Assembly (NCBI GenBank): GCA_963676795.2
Contig: CAXXTB010000002.1
Span: 1,024,001 to 1,088,000 of the forward strand
DNA length: 64,000 nucleotides
Direction: 5' to 3'
Source of the DNA: Geopsychrobacteraceae bacterium
GTDB lineage: Bacteria; Desulfobacterota; Desulfuromonadia; Desulfuromonadales; Geopsychrobacteraceae
Shown: piece after piece, positions 29,715-39,744 of the stretch
Position numbering within the stretch: the stretch's first letter is position 1
Layout of the letters: the number at the start of each line of letters is the position of its first letter
Position numbers and translations under genes: made by a program
Notes under the pieces: generated by a model
Databases searched by the model: none
What the model saw: only the letters and a program-made list of their open reading frames with translations
Told to the model about the DNA's origin: nothing

Positions 29715-32158
29715 AAAGCCTCAAGGACGTGATCAGTACCGATAGCCACAGGTACGACAGCCTGACACAGCGCTGTCTGACCTTTCTGCGTTGTCTGCCG
29801 ATTGCTGAACTGAGACGTCTTGAAATGGTCACTGACACTGTGCACCGCCAGGTGGAAAAGGGCGCCAAGAATGCTCAGATCAGCTATGTCCGGGCCTTTC
29901 AGGAGTTGCGGCGCCAGATAAAAAGCGAGTTGGTTCCCGATGGGCTTGCGGCGACGCCGCCGCTGCAGCGCAGAAGTATGGCTGCCGCCGAGTTTCGCAG
30001 CTTTTTTTTGCCTGGCCAGAAGACAGAACGCCATCTGCCAACTGCCGACAGTCGCCCGGACCCCGCTGTTCACCGCGGTTGGCGCAGCAGAGCAATCCGG
30101 ATTCGCAGCCTCCTTGCGCTGCTGGTTATCGTTCCTTCAGTGGTCGCCGCCTGGGGTGTGTCAACTGTTTTGCCTTATCATGGAGCGTCGCTGCTCGAGA
30201 AACTGCTGGTCATTGTCTCCGGGATCCTCTTCGCCTGGGTTTCCGTCGGTTTCTGGGTCGCCCTGATCGGGACCCTGACCCTGTTCAGGGGGCGCTGCCA
30301 TTGCCTGGCAGATGCAACCTTGCCGGGATCCTCTGGTGAGATTGCCCCGGAGTGCCGTACCGCCTTGCTGTTTCCGATCTGTGGTGAGGATATGCGCCGG
30401 GTCAGTGCCGGTATTTTCGCAGTCTATCAGTCGCTGAAGAAAACCGGTCAGATCGACAGATTCGACTTTTTTCTGCTGAGCGATTCTCGCGATCCGGACG
30501 CCTGGGTTAATGAGGAGGTCTTCTGGCGCCAGCTGTCTCAGGATCTCGGCGATCCGGGAAATATCTTTTACCGGCGCAGGCGCCTGAATCTGAAACGTAA
30601 AAGCGGCAACATCGCCGACTTCTGCCGGCGTTTTGGAGCCGGCTACCGGTACATGGTGGTTTTTGACGCCGACAGCGTGATGTCCGGTCAGACCCTGGTG
30701 CGCATGGTCGAGCTGATGGAGATGCACGATCATGTCGGGATTCTTCAGACCCCGCCGGCGGTTATCGGCCGCGAGACGCTGATTGCCCGGATGCAGCAGT
30801 TTGCCAGCCGGGCCTATGGTCCTATCTATGCGGCCGGACTGCATAGCGTTCAGCAGGGGGATGGCAGTTTCTGGGGGCATAACGCGATTCTGCGTGTCGC
30901 TCCTTTCATGAAATATTGTGGTCTGCCGCGCCTGTCGGGTAAAGCGCCTTGGGGGGGCGATATCCTCAGCCACGATTTTGTCGAATCGGCCCTGATGCGG
31001 CGTGCCGGATGGAGCATCTGGCTGGTTTACGATCTGGGGGGGTCCTATGAAGAGCCGCCGCCGACCCTTCTCGATGAGTTGTCCCGTGACCGGCGTTGGT
31101 GCAGCGGCAATCTGCAGCATTTCAGGCTGCTGTTCGCCAGAGGTTTCTCCGGAGCACATCGCTGGCTGTTTCTGAACGGGATCATGAGTTATCTGTCGGC
31201 CGCACTCTGGTTTCTGCTGCTGATCCTGTCCTCCTTGACGGTCATGATTCAGGCCTTTACCCCGCCTGAATATTTTTCCCAGGGGCGCAGCCTGTTTCCG
31301 CAATGGCCGGTTTGGGATCCATTGGGGCCTGCGATCCTGCTGGCGATAACGGCGATCCTGCTCTTTCTCCCTAAACTGCTCGCGTTCCTGGTCATTATCC
31401 GGCAGCGTCGTACCAATGAATACGGCGGTGTTGCCGGAATGCTGGCCAGTTTGCTGTTGGAAATGTTCCTCTCCGCCTGTCTGGCACCGATCCGGATGTT
31501 TTTTCACAGCCGCTTTGTGGTCATGGTTCTGCTCAGGCGCAAATCGGGCTGGAATCCCCAGAACCGGGATGACGCCGGTACGCCCTGGCGCGAAGCCGCC
31601 CGCTGCCATCTGTCGTCGACCCTGGTGGCCCTGATCTGGGGAGCAGTCATGTTGCCGTTGAATCAGACCTTCTTCTATTGGCTCTGTCCGGTTTTGCTGC
31701 CGCTGCTCTTTTCTATTCCGATTTCCGTTGTGACCAGTCGCAGGAGCTGGGGGCGCAACGTGAGGAAACTGAGGCTGTTCCTGGTCCCCGAGGAGGTCGC
31801 ACCACCAGCTGAACTGGTCACCATGGTCAACAAGCAGTGGGATCTGGGGATGGCAATTACACCATTGCGCCTTCACGCTACCGATGGCTTTGTCCGCGCT
31901 GTTCTGAACCCTCAGATCAACCAGTTGCACCGGCGTCTGCGCGGTCGTATGTCGCGTTTGAAGATTCCCGCCGAAAAGCGCTTTATGCTGATGAGAAAAG
32001 CCCTGAACTGCGGTCCGGATGGGCTTTCCCTGGCGGACAAAAAACGGATTCTGCAGGATAACCTGCTGCTCTGGATGCTGCACAAATGGGTCTGGGCCTT
32101 GCCGGAAGGGGAGAACGCCCAGAAATGGTTCGGCCGCTATACTCAACGCATGATGTAG
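29711..32158 (+). CDS. opgH: Glucans biosynthesis glucosyltransferase OpgH/MdoH
   Basis: FFLLSDS, KRKSGNIADFCRRFG, FDADSVM, FWGHNAI, LSHDFVE, RDRRWCSGNLQ; multiple TM segments. Confidence 0.92.
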   Translation: MKSLKDVISTDSHRYDSLTQRCLTFLRCLPIAELRRLEMVTDTVHRQVEKGAKNAQISYVRAFQELRRQIKSELVPDGLAATPPLQRRSMAAAEFRSFFLPGQKTERHLPTADSRPDPAVHRGWRSRAIRIRSLLALLVIVPSVVAAWGVSTVLPYHGASLLEKLLVIVSGILFAWVSVGFWVALIGTLTLFRGRCHCLADATLPGSSGEIAPECRTALLFPICGEDMRRVSAGIFAVYQSLKKTGQIDRFDFFLLSDSRDPDAWVNEEVFWRQLSQDLGDPGNIFYRRRRLNLKRKSGNIADFCRRFGAGYRYMVVFDADSVMSGQTLVRMVELMEMHDHVGILQTPPAVIGRETLIARMQQFASRAYGPIYAAGLHSVQQGDGSFWGHNAILRVAPFMKYCGLPRLSGKAPWGGDILSHDFVESALMRRAGWSIWLVYDLGGSYEEPPPTLLDELSRDRRWCSGNLQHFRLLFARGFSGAHRWLFLNGIMSYLSAALWFLLLILSSLTVMIQAFTPPEYFSQGRSLFPQWPVWDPLGPAILLAITAILLFLPKLLAFLVIIRQRRTNEYGGVAGMLASLLLEMFLSACLAPIRMFFHSRFVVMVLLRRKSGWNPQNRDDAGTPWREAARCHLSSTLVALIWGAVMLPLNQTFFYWLCPVLLPLLFSIPISVVTSRRSWGRNVRKLRLFLVPEEVAPPAELVTMVNKQWDLGMAITPLRLHATDGFVRAVLNPQINQLHRRLRGRMSRLKIPAEKRFMLMRKALNCGPDGLSLADKKRILQDNLLLWMLHKWVWALPEGENAQKWFGRYTQRMM

Positions 32159-32437
32159 CGGCAGGTGATTATGCTTGGTCCCTCTGCTTCCTGAGAGTTT
32201 TCGGCGCATCCTCATATAAGAAACCTGGTTATCGACTTGGCTGGAGTAAACCGGGTATCCAGAAAAGAGTATTTGCTGATTTAATCGCCGGTCCATGCTG
32301 CGTTTGTGACGGGATCGGTTAAAATTGTAGAGCAGGGCGCAACAGGTCTCACTTCCCGTCTACTTCATAGCGACAACTTAAGATCTGCCCCTGGCACTTC
32401 GTTCGAGCTGCTTATTTTTGCTCTGAAGGAGGAGCCG

Positions 32438-33382
32438 ATGGCGTGGGAATACAGTGACAAGGTGCTGCAGCTTTTCGCGGATGCCGTTCAGGGAAAACCT
32501 GGCACCCATATGGGGGAACTGGCCGAGGCGGACGGCGTTGGCGAATACGGTTCTATCGTCTGTGGCGATGCCTTGCGTTTATTCTTTCGTGTCAAACCTC
32601 ATCCGACCGACCCCAGCCGGGACCAGATCGTTCTGGCCCGTTTCCTGACCTTTGGCTGTACCTCGGCCATAGCCTCATCGGAGGCTCTCTGTGCGCTGCT
32701 CGAAGAGCGCCAGCCGACACCGCTCGATGCGCTGAATCTCACCAACCGGGACCTGATCGACTATCTCGACGGGCTGCCGCCGGCCAAAATTCACTGTTCC
32801 GTCATGGGGGCCGAGGCGCTGCGGGCTGCGGTTGTCGACTGGGCGGCTCACCGCGGGGTTGATCTGAGTTCGGTCCTGTCGGAGCCAATGACCGAGAAGG
32901 AAATGGAGGGGCGGCTGGTGTGTAAATGCTTTTCCATCACCGAACCCTATCTGCGGCGCAAGATTGGCGAGTTGAAGTTGCGCAGTATCGAACAGATTAC
33001 CGCCGCACTCAAGGCGGGTGGAGCTTGCGGCAGCTGTCAGCGTGCCCCCGGCGGTCTGCAGGATCTTCTTGACGAGTACTGGGGGGAGACGGCCGCAGAG
33101 GTCGGGCATATTTCCTCCGCGAACGGGCGCAAGGACGAGGAATCCCTGTCCCCCTGGCAACGTGGCAAGGAGATTGAACGGTTGATCGCGACGGTTATCC
33201 GTCCGCAGTTGCAGAAAGATGGAGGGGATATCGAGCTGATCGATATCAAGGATAATCTGGTTTATTGTCGGCTTAGCGGGGTCTGTGCGAACTGTCCCGC
33301 AGCCGGGCAGACCCTGCAGCTGGTTGTTGAGCAGCAGTTGAAAGAGCGGATCGATAAGCGTTTGCGGGTCATCGAACTCTGA
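32438..33382 (+). CDS. nifU: Three-domain NifU-type Fe-S cluster scaffold
   Basis: WEYSDKV, IVCGD, FGCTSAIAS, KIHCSVMG; central CKCF...GACGSC; C-terminal Nfu DGGDIEL...CANC; start after AGGAGG. Confidence 0.88.
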   Translation: MAWEYSDKVLQLFADAVQGKPGTHMGELAEADGVGEYGSIVCGDALRLFFRVKPHPTDPSRDQIVLARFLTFGCTSAIASSEALCALLEERQPTPLDALNLTNRDLIDYLDGLPPAKIHCSVMGAEALRAAVVDWAAHRGVDLSSVLSEPMTEKEMEGRLVCKCFSITEPYLRRKIGELKLRSIEQITAALKAGGACGSCQRAPGGLQDLLDEYWGETAAEVGHISSANGRKDEESLSPWQRGKEIERLIATVIRPQLQKDGGDIELIDIKDNLVYCRLSGVCANCPAAGQTLQLVVEQQLKERIDKRLRVIEL

Positions 33383-33405
33383 TGCCTGAACGCAGGAGGC
33401 GTGTC

Positions 33406-34614
33406 ATGAAGCTGGTTTATGCCGACAATAATGCGACCACCGCCATCGCTCCTGAGGTCGTAACGGCGATGCAGCCCTACCTGACAGCGGATTATTTCAA
33501 TCCGAGCTCGATGTATGCCGCTGCACAGGAACCGGCCGCGGCGCTTGAACGGGCGCGGGCAATCATCGCCTGCGGTCTGGGCGGAATCGATCCGGGGCAA
33601 CTGATCTTTACCGGTTCGGCCACAGAGAGCAACAACAGCGCCATCTTCGGTAGCGTTCTCGCCAATTCGCAGCGGCGTCATCTGATGACCACCGCCGTCG
33701 AACATCCATCGGTTCTCGAAGTCTGTAAAGAGCTGCAGCGGCGTGGACATGAGGTGACTTTCCTCGGGGTCGACCGACAGGGTGGGTTGAATCTGGACGA
33801 GTTTGTCAGAGCTCTGCGCAGAGACACCCTGCTGGTCAGTGTCATGCTTGCCAATAACGAAACTGGCGTCATTTATCCGCTCGCCCGCCTGGCCCGGATC
33901 GTCAAACAGACCGACCCCGCGATCATCGTTCACTGCGATGCCACGCAGGGGATCGGCAAGGTCCCGGTTGACCTCGCCAGGGAGCTGCGAGACGTCGACC
34001 TGCTCTCCTTTTCCGGCCATAAAATTCATGCTCCCAAGGGGGTTGGTGCTCTATTTGTCCGAAAAGGGACCCGCTGGCGCCCTTATATACTAGGCGGACA
34101 TCAGGAACAGGGCCGGCGGGCAGGCACAGAGAATGTTGCCTATATCGTCGGCCTGGCCAAGGCCTGCGAACTGGCTGTTGCCGGGATCGCTGATGAGCAG
34201 ACGCGGGTACGCGGTTTGCGCGACCGTCTGCAGTTGGAGCTCTGTCAGCGGATACCGGAACTTGAGGTCAACGGTGCCGGATCGCCGCGTCTGCCGAATA
34301 CCCTCAACCTTGCCGTCCACGGCATCGAAGGGGAAGCAATTCTCTACGAGTTGAGCCGGGCTGGGATCTGTGCCTCCAGTGGTTCGGCCTGTACCTCAGG
34401 TTCGCTCAGCCCTTCCCACGTATTGCAGGCGATGCAGGTTCCATTCAGTGCTATCCACGGGTCGCTGCGCTTCAGCCTGAGCCGCTACAACGATGAGGAG
34501 GACATTGACCGGATTATCGAGGCCCTGCCGGATATTGTGGCCCGGCTGCGCCGACTTTCCCCTTATTGGGATGATGAGAGAAATTGTCTGAAGCTGTCCG
34601 CTGGAGAGTCATGA
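33406..34614 (+). CDS. nifS: Cysteine desulfurase (NifS type)
   Basis: YADNNATT, NPSS, SGHKIHAPKG, RAGTEN, SSGSACTSG. Confidence 0.92.
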   Translation: MKLVYADNNATTAIAPEVVTAMQPYLTADYFNPSSMYAAAQEPAAALERARAIIACGLGGIDPGQLIFTGSATESNNSAIFGSVLANSQRRHLMTTAVEHPSVLEVCKELQRRGHEVTFLGVDRQGGLNLDEFVRALRRDTLLVSVMLANNETGVIYPLARLARIVKQTDPAIIVHCDATQGIGKVPVDLARELRDVDLLSFSGHKIHAPKGVGALFVRKGTRWRPYILGGHQEQGRRAGTENVAYIVGLAKACELAVAGIADEQTRVRGLRDRLQLELCQRIPELEVNGAGSPRLPNTLNLAVHGIEGEAILYELSRAGICASSGSACTSGSLSPSHVLQAMQVPFSAIHGSLRFSLSRYNDEEDIDRIIEALPDIVARLRRLSPYWDDERNCLKLSAGES

Positions 34615-34715
34615 CCGAAGCTGCAATGGTTCTATGGAGGAGGGAAGTCTACAGTTACCGCAAACCGACAGCGGGTGTTCATGAGACACCCTGGTTCCTT
34701 GGCAGGGAGGAAGAT

Positions 34716-35234
34716 ATGCAAAAAGATACGAGGAAATTTGGTATCAGCGACAAACGAGGACGTTATAACACCAGCAACGATCCCTACCTGGATGATTCCG
34801 GTCTGGCTGAACCATCACTGTGCCGTGTCTGCGGTGCAGTCTATCAGAAAAAACGCTGGGTGATTGATGACACGGAATCTGTACGGCTGCAACAGGGGAG
34901 CGAAACCCATCAGGTTGTCTGTCCTGCCTGTCGCAAGATCGCCGATCACTATGCCGAGGGGACAGTAACACTTCACGGAACTTATCTCTGGGAGCATGAG
35001 ACGGAGATTCGTAATATTCTGCGCAATGAGGAAAACCGGGTCATGAGCAAAAACCCGCTGGCCCGGATTATCAGCATGGAACAGGCCGACGGAAATCTGT
35101 TGATCGAGACGACAGAAGAAAAACTGGCCGAGCATCTGGGGCGGGTTTTACACAAGGCTCATCAGGGGGAATTGAAGGTCACATGGGCCTCTGACCATGC
35201 CATCTGTCGGGTCGACTGGCACCGAGACACTTGA
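34716..35234 (+). CDS. BCAM0308-like protein with two CxxC pairs
   Basis: DPY...CRVCGAVY..KRW...CPACRKIAD...NPLARII...TTEEKLAEHLGR pattern; GGAGG RBS before ATG 34716. Confidence 0.7.
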   Translation: MQKDTRKFGISDKRGRYNTSNDPYLDDSGLAEPSLCRVCGAVYQKKRWVIDDTESVRLQQGSETHQVVCPACRKIADHYAEGTVTLHGTYLWEHETEIRNILRNEENRVMSKNPLARIISMEQADGNLLIETTEEKLAEHLGRVLHKAHQGELKVTWASDHAICRVDWHRDT

Positions 35235-35247
35235 GTTTGCGCAAAGT

Positions 35248-35283
35248 CCGGGCAGAGATTTCTCCGGGAGATTCTCTGCCCGG
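35248..35283 (+). terminator. Hairpin after the BCAM0308-like gene
   Basis: CCGGGCAGAGA...TCTCTGCCCGG long stem; no clear U-tract. Confidence 0.55.
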
Positions 35284-35419
35284 CTTCAGATTTTGCAGGG
35301 GGGCGAAACGGATTCGAGTAATTAATCGGCTCTGTAAGTCCTGTTTACCCTCTTGATTATTGTGGATATATCGAATGTCTGTTAGGGTTTACAGCGACTT
35401 AGCGACTATTGGAGGGGAT

Positions 35420-35929
35420 ATGAAAAAACTTTTGTCCGGTTTGGTTCTGATTCTGGTTGTTCTGGCGGCCGGAATCGTCATGGCAGAGGATCCAGGAGAT
35501 CACGCTCTTTCCTGTACTTACTGCGGCATGGATCTGCACCGTTTCGCTCACAGCCATATGGTTGTGGAATACGAAGATGGCGGTTCAGTCGAAACCTGCA
35601 GTATTCACTGCCTGGCTCTCGAGTTTGCCAATGCGATTGACCGGGCTCCGAAAAGGATCCTGGTCGGTGATTACAACACACGGGAGTTGATCGCAGCGGA
35701 TTCGGCGGTCTGGGTTATCGGCGGTGATCAACCCGGGGTGATGACCCGCAATCCCAAGTGGGCTTTTGCTGACAAGGGCGCAGCACAGCAGTTCATCGCC
35801 ACCCATGGCGGGGAGCTTGCTGATTTCAACCAGGCCATGCGCGCCGCTTATGTCGATATGTATGAGGATACGCTGCAGATCCGTAAAATGCGCCAGATGA
35901 AAAAAATGAAGATGCACAAGATGCAGTGA
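35420..35929 (+). CDS. NosL-family exported metal-binding protein
   Basis: Signal peptide; CTYCGM, CSIHC, VIGGDQPGVMT...AF...AQQF...HGG; Met/His/Lys-rich tail. Confidence 0.8.
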   Translation: MKKLLSGLVLILVVLAAGIVMAEDPGDHALSCTYCGMDLHRFAHSHMVVEYEDGGSVETCSIHCLALEFANAIDRAPKRILVGDYNTRELIAADSAVWVIGGDQPGVMTRNPKWAFADKGAAQQFIATHGGELADFNQAMRAAYVDMYEDTLQIRKMRQMKKMKMHKMQ

Positions 35930-35936
35930 GGTCTTC

Positions 35937-36404
35937 ATGATGCGTCTCTTTCCTTTCGGCCTGGCGCTGTTATTCTTCGCCGGTCTTGCCATGGCTTCCG
36001 CCCATGAAATTAAACCTCCCGGTGAACGGGAGCGCTGTCCGGTCTGCGGGATGTTCGTTCATCCCTATCAGGAGTGGATCGCGACAATTCTCTATGACGA
36101 TGGAACGCAGGTCTATTTCGACGGCTGCAAAGATCTGTTTACCTTCTATTTTGGTTTGTCCTCGGAACAGCAGCAGACGATCCAACAGATTTATGTCACC
36201 GAATATTATTCGACCGAACTGATGCCCGCTGATCAGGTCTTCTATATCCTTGGTAGCGATGTTTTCGGACCGATGGGCAAGGAACTGATTCCGGTCAGTG
36301 GCGAGGCTGCGGCTAAAGAATTTTTTCAGGACCATCAGGGGCGCGCGATTCTGCGTTACTCTGAGCTGTCGCCGGAAACTCTGAAATCGAAGGATCTGAG
36401 ATAG
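35937..36404 (+). CDS. NosL-family exported metal-binding protein
   Basis: Signal peptide; CPVCGMFV, YFDGCKDL, VTEYY, GSDVFGPMGKELIP, F.QDHQG. Confidence 0.85.
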   Translation: MMRLFPFGLALLFFAGLAMASAHEIKPPGERERCPVCGMFVHPYQEWIATILYDDGTQVYFDGCKDLFTFYFGLSSEQQQTIQQIYVTEYYSTELMPADQVFYILGSDVFGPMGKELIPVSGEAAAKEFFQDHQGRAILRYSELSPETLKSKDLR

Positions 36405-36406
36405 TC

Positions 36407-36736
36407 ATGGTCCGTTATCGGTTTTTCGGGGTTGTGCTGCTTGCGCTCTGTATTGGCCTGGTGGCGATCCTGATGATCAGTTCTTCAGCTAACACGACCT
36501 CTGTCGGCTTTGCCGAGGGGAAACGCCGCCTGGTCGATACTCTGGGGCTGACCGATCTGGCGCTCTGCAGTGAGGCCCGTTATACGCGTAATCCGTCACA
36601 GGCCGATCTGTTTTCCGCTTTTCAGGATTTTCCCGGTTCTATCGAGCATTTTCCGACCGGCTCGCTGATTCTGCCGGGTCCGGTCGGTTTCAGCGGAACG
36701 TTGCAGATCGTCCCTGCTACGGGAGAGGATTTCTGA
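36407..36736 (+). CDS. Hypothetical membrane-anchored protein
   Basis: N-terminal TM, then LGLTDLALCSEARYTRNPS...FQDFPG; tightly coupled in the operon. Confidence 0.7.
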   Translation: MVRYRFFGVVLLALCIGLVAILMISSSANTTSVGFAEGKRRLVDTLGLTDLALCSEARYTRNPSQADLFSAFQDFPGSIEHFPTGSLILPGPVGFSGTLQIVPATGEDF

Positions 36737-37896
36737 TGCAACGACCAGTGAACCTTCTCGAATTCACCCTGGGCAGCCTGTGGCGCAGGAAGTACAAACA
36801 TCTGGCCCTGATCCTTGTCTACGCCCTGATTGTCGCGACACTCGGCTCGGTGCTTTTTTTGACCACGGCGTTGAAACATGAGGCGACGGTGAGTCTTGTT
36901 GATGCTCCTGAGATTGTCGTCCAGCGGATTGTCGCCGGTCGCCATGATCTGACCCCGGTGAGTGCCGCTGCCCTGATTGAAAAGTTTCCCGGAGTGGCAG
37001 CGGTCACCCCGCGCGTCTGGGGCTACTATTACGATTCCCTGATCAGGGCCAACCTGACCTTGATCGGTCTGAGCGGCCAGCACCAGCACCTGGACCTGCT
37101 GGAAGGCCGGTTGCCCGAGCAGGCAACGGAATGTGCCATCGGCCAGGGGGTTGCTGAGGCTTTCGGACCGGGACTTGGCGATCTCCTGGTCCTGGAGAAC
37201 AGCGCTAAACAGCGGGCCGAATATCGGATTACCGGGTTGTTCCGCGCCGAATCAAACCTGCTGACCAATGATCTTGTCGTCATGAGCGATGCTGCTATCC
37301 GGCAGTTTTTTTCAATCGATGACTCCCTGGCCACAGACCTGGCGGTCAGGGTCCGCAACCCGCGTGAAATCGGCACTATCGCCAAGAAGATCAGCTACAC
37401 TCTGCCGCGCAGCCGACCGATCACCAGGGATGAGATCATGCATACCTACGACACGCTGTTTAACTGGCGCAGTGGCATGCTTCTCGCGGTTTCAGTTGCC
37501 GCCCTGATCGCCTTCTGTATCCTCGCCTGGGACCGGGCGACCGGCTTGAATGCGGAAGAGAAACGCGAAATCGGTGTGCTCAAAGCGATCGGCTGGGAGA
37601 CCTCGGATATCCTTGGCATCAAGTTCTGGGAAGGGCTGGTGATTTCCGTGACCGCGTTCCTGCTTGGCGTCATTGCCGCCTGGCTCCATGTCTTTGTCCT
37701 TGGCGCACCGGCGCTGACCCCGTTGCTCAAAGGCTGGTCGGTGCTTTTTCCGGAATTCAGGCTGACGGCCGTTATCGACTATTATCAGCTGCTGGTTCTC
37801 GCCGTGCTCAGCATTGTGCCTTACCTGGTCTGTACCCTGGTGCCGTCGTGGAAGGCCGCAGTGACCGACCCGGAACAGATCCTGAGGGGGGAATGA
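36736..37896 (+). CDS. ABC transporter permease, FtsX/LolE/MacB type
   Basis: One TM, large periplasmic domain, then three TM; KREIGVLKAIGW motif. Confidence 0.88.
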   Translation: MQRPVNLLEFTLGSLWRRKYKHLALILVYALIVATLGSVLFLTTALKHEATVSLVDAPEIVVQRIVAGRHDLTPVSAAALIEKFPGVAAVTPRVWGYYYDSLIRANLTLIGLSGQHQHLDLLEGRLPEQATECAIGQGVAEAFGPGLGDLLVLENSAKQRAEYRITGLFRAESNLLTNDLVVMSDAAIRQFFSIDDSLATDLAVRVRNPREIGTIAKKISYTLPRSRPITRDEIMHTYDTLFNWRSGMLLAVSVAALIAFCILAWDRATGLNAEEKREIGVLKAIGWETSDILGIKFWEGLVISVTAFLLGVIAAWLHVFVLGAPALTPLLKGWSVLFPEFRLTAVIDYYQLLVLAVLSIVPYLVCTLVPSWKAAVTDPEQILRGE

Positions 37897-38582
37897 TGAG
37901 CTGTCTGCGCGCGGTCAATGTCCGTAAACTTTATCACGCCGGCCGGCCCGACGAGACCTGCGCTCTCGACCAGGTCTCCGTGACGATTGATGCTGGAGAG
38001 GTTGTCGTTCTGGCCGGACCGAGCGGTTCGGGGAAAACCACTCTGCTCAGCCTGCTCGGTTGTATGGCCCGGCCAACCTCCGGCGAGGTTTTCCTCGGGG
38101 AACGCAGTGTCGGACGCCTTCAGGAGCATTTTCTGGCCCGGCTACGCCGTGAACATTTCGGGTTCGTTTTTCAGCAGTATCAGTTGCTGGGCGGGCTCAG
38201 CGTTCTCGACAATGTTATGCTGCCGCTTTATCCGGCTGGAATGGCTCTAAGCAAGATCAGGTTGCGTGCTGAAGAGCTTCTTGACCGCTTCGAACTGCGC
38301 GACAAGAAGCATAAGACAATTGCCCAGTTGTCCGGTGGCGAGCAGCAGCGGGTGGCGATTTCGCGCGCGCTGATTGCTGATCCCAAGGTTCTGATTGCCG
38401 ATGAGCCGACCGCTCACCTCGATCAGGAACTGGCCGGGCGTTTGCTTGCGCATCTCGCTGAACTGAAGGCTGAGGGGAAAACCATTCTTATCGCCAGCCA
38501 CGATCCCTCTGTCATCAACGCAGGGTTGATCGATCGTCAGGTATTGTTGCGCCATGGCCAGCTGGAAACAGGTGAGCGCTGA
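37893..38582 (+). CDS. ABC transporter ATP-binding protein, LolD/MacB type
   Basis: GPSGSGKT, LSGGEQQRVAISRAL, ADEPT, SHD. Confidence 0.93.
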   Translation: MMSCLRAVNVRKLYHAGRPDETCALDQVSVTIDAGEVVVLAGPSGSGKTTLLSLLGCMARPTSGEVFLGERSVGRLQEHFLARLRREHFGFVFQQYQLLGGLSVLDNVMLPLYPAGMALSKIRLRAEELLDRFELRDKKHKTIAQLSGGEQQRVAISRALIADPKVLIADEPTAHLDQELAGRLLAHLAELKAEGKTILIASHDPSVINAGLIDRQVLLRHGQLETGER

Positions 38583-39583
38583 TGATCCTCCATCCGGGGA
38601 TTCTCGCTCTGCTGCTCGGGTCGCTCCTGATCCTGGCAATCATGCTGTTGGCGAGCCTGCAGTCGGTGAAGATCCTGCTGAACTGGGATCGCAGCAGCAG
38701 TTCCGAACGGCAGCTGAGTCTTGAGCGCAGAACCTGGCTGGTATCAATCCTGGTCAATTTTGCTCTGGCGTTTCAGATTATCACACTCATTCTTTTCGTC
38801 GCGACGGCTGAGGATATTCATCGTCTGTTTGTCGGGGCCATGTGTGCAACCGGAGCCCTGAATGCCAACCTGATCGGCTGGCTGGTGCTGCTTGTCAAAG
38901 GGCTGCTGGCTTTTCTCTCTAGCTTCTGGGTGATCTTCAACCGGATCGATCAGCGCTGCGAATCAAGTCCCCTGATCCGCAAAAAATATGCGGCGTTGCT
39001 CGTTCTGACTCCTTTGATTGGCGTCGACCTGTATCTGCAGTGGCGCTATTTCTCTGGGTTGCAACCGGAGATGATCACCTCCTGTTGCGGCTCACTGTTC
39101 AGTGCTTCAGGCGACAGCGTCGCCAGTGAACTGGTTGCCATGCCGGTCGGAGAGGCGATGACGCTGTTCTTTGCCATGATCTTTGTTTATCTGGTTTGCT
39201 GGGGGTGGGTTCGTTTCCGTCCGTCCTCGCCAGCGAGAAATACCTTCTTCATCGCCAGTCTGCTGTTTTTCTTTATCTCCCTTGGTGCTGTGATCTCGTT
39301 TATCTCCCTCTATATCTATCAGATGCCGACCCATCATTGTCCCTTCGATATGCTGCAGGGACACTACTATTTTATTGGCTATCCGCTCTACGCTGCCCTG
39401 TTTGTCGGCTCTTTCTTCGGCATGCTACCAGGGCTGACCAACCCGCTGCGCAACATTGCGGAAGTGTGCGAACTGCTGATCAGAGCCGAACGAAGCTGGT
39501 TGACCGTTTCTCTTGGCGGAGTTGTTCTGTTTCTGCTGCTTGCCTGCTGGCCGATGCTGTTTGGTCCTCTCAAATTGCTTTAG
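38582..39583 (+). CDS. Polytopic membrane protein with Cys/His loop motifs
   Basis: About 8 TM; GAMCATG, ITSCCGSLF, PTHHCPFD. Confidence 0.75.
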   Translation: MILHPGILALLLGSLLILAIMLLASLQSVKILLNWDRSSSSERQLSLERRTWLVSILVNFALAFQIITLILFVATAEDIHRLFVGAMCATGALNANLIGWLVLLVKGLLAFLSSFWVIFNRIDQRCESSPLIRKKYAALLVLTPLIGVDLYLQWRYFSGLQPEMITSCCGSLFSASGDSVASELVAMPVGEAMTLFFAMIFVYLVCWGWVRFRPSSPARNTFFIASLLFFFISLGAVISFISLYIYQMPTHHCPFDMLQGHYYFIGYPLYAALFVGSFFGMLPGLTNPLRNIAEVCELLIRAERSWLTVSLGGVVLFLLLACWPMLFGPLKLL

Positions 39584-39744
39584 GAGAGTTTTTTGTGGTG
39601 GTTGGTCTTGATGAGAAGGGCATATTGTAATTTAATGACTGTGTTTCTTAAAAGATGTGAAAAGGATGATTGTCTGGCTGTTTCATCCATGCTCCGACGT
39701 CATGCTGTAATCGATCTCGATAGTTAGAATCTCGGACAGGGAAT

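Noticed and set aside
30161..32296. 711-aa antisense ORF
   Set aside because: Shadow of opgH; Gln/Arg/His-rich composition expected from antisense of a hydrophobic protein.
32438..34614. Evidence of nitrogen fixation
   Set aside because: No nifHDK or other nif genes in the window; nifUS alone does not indicate diazotrophy.
35420..36404. Evidence of N2O reduction
   Set aside because: NosL-family genes only; no nosZ or nosDFY here.
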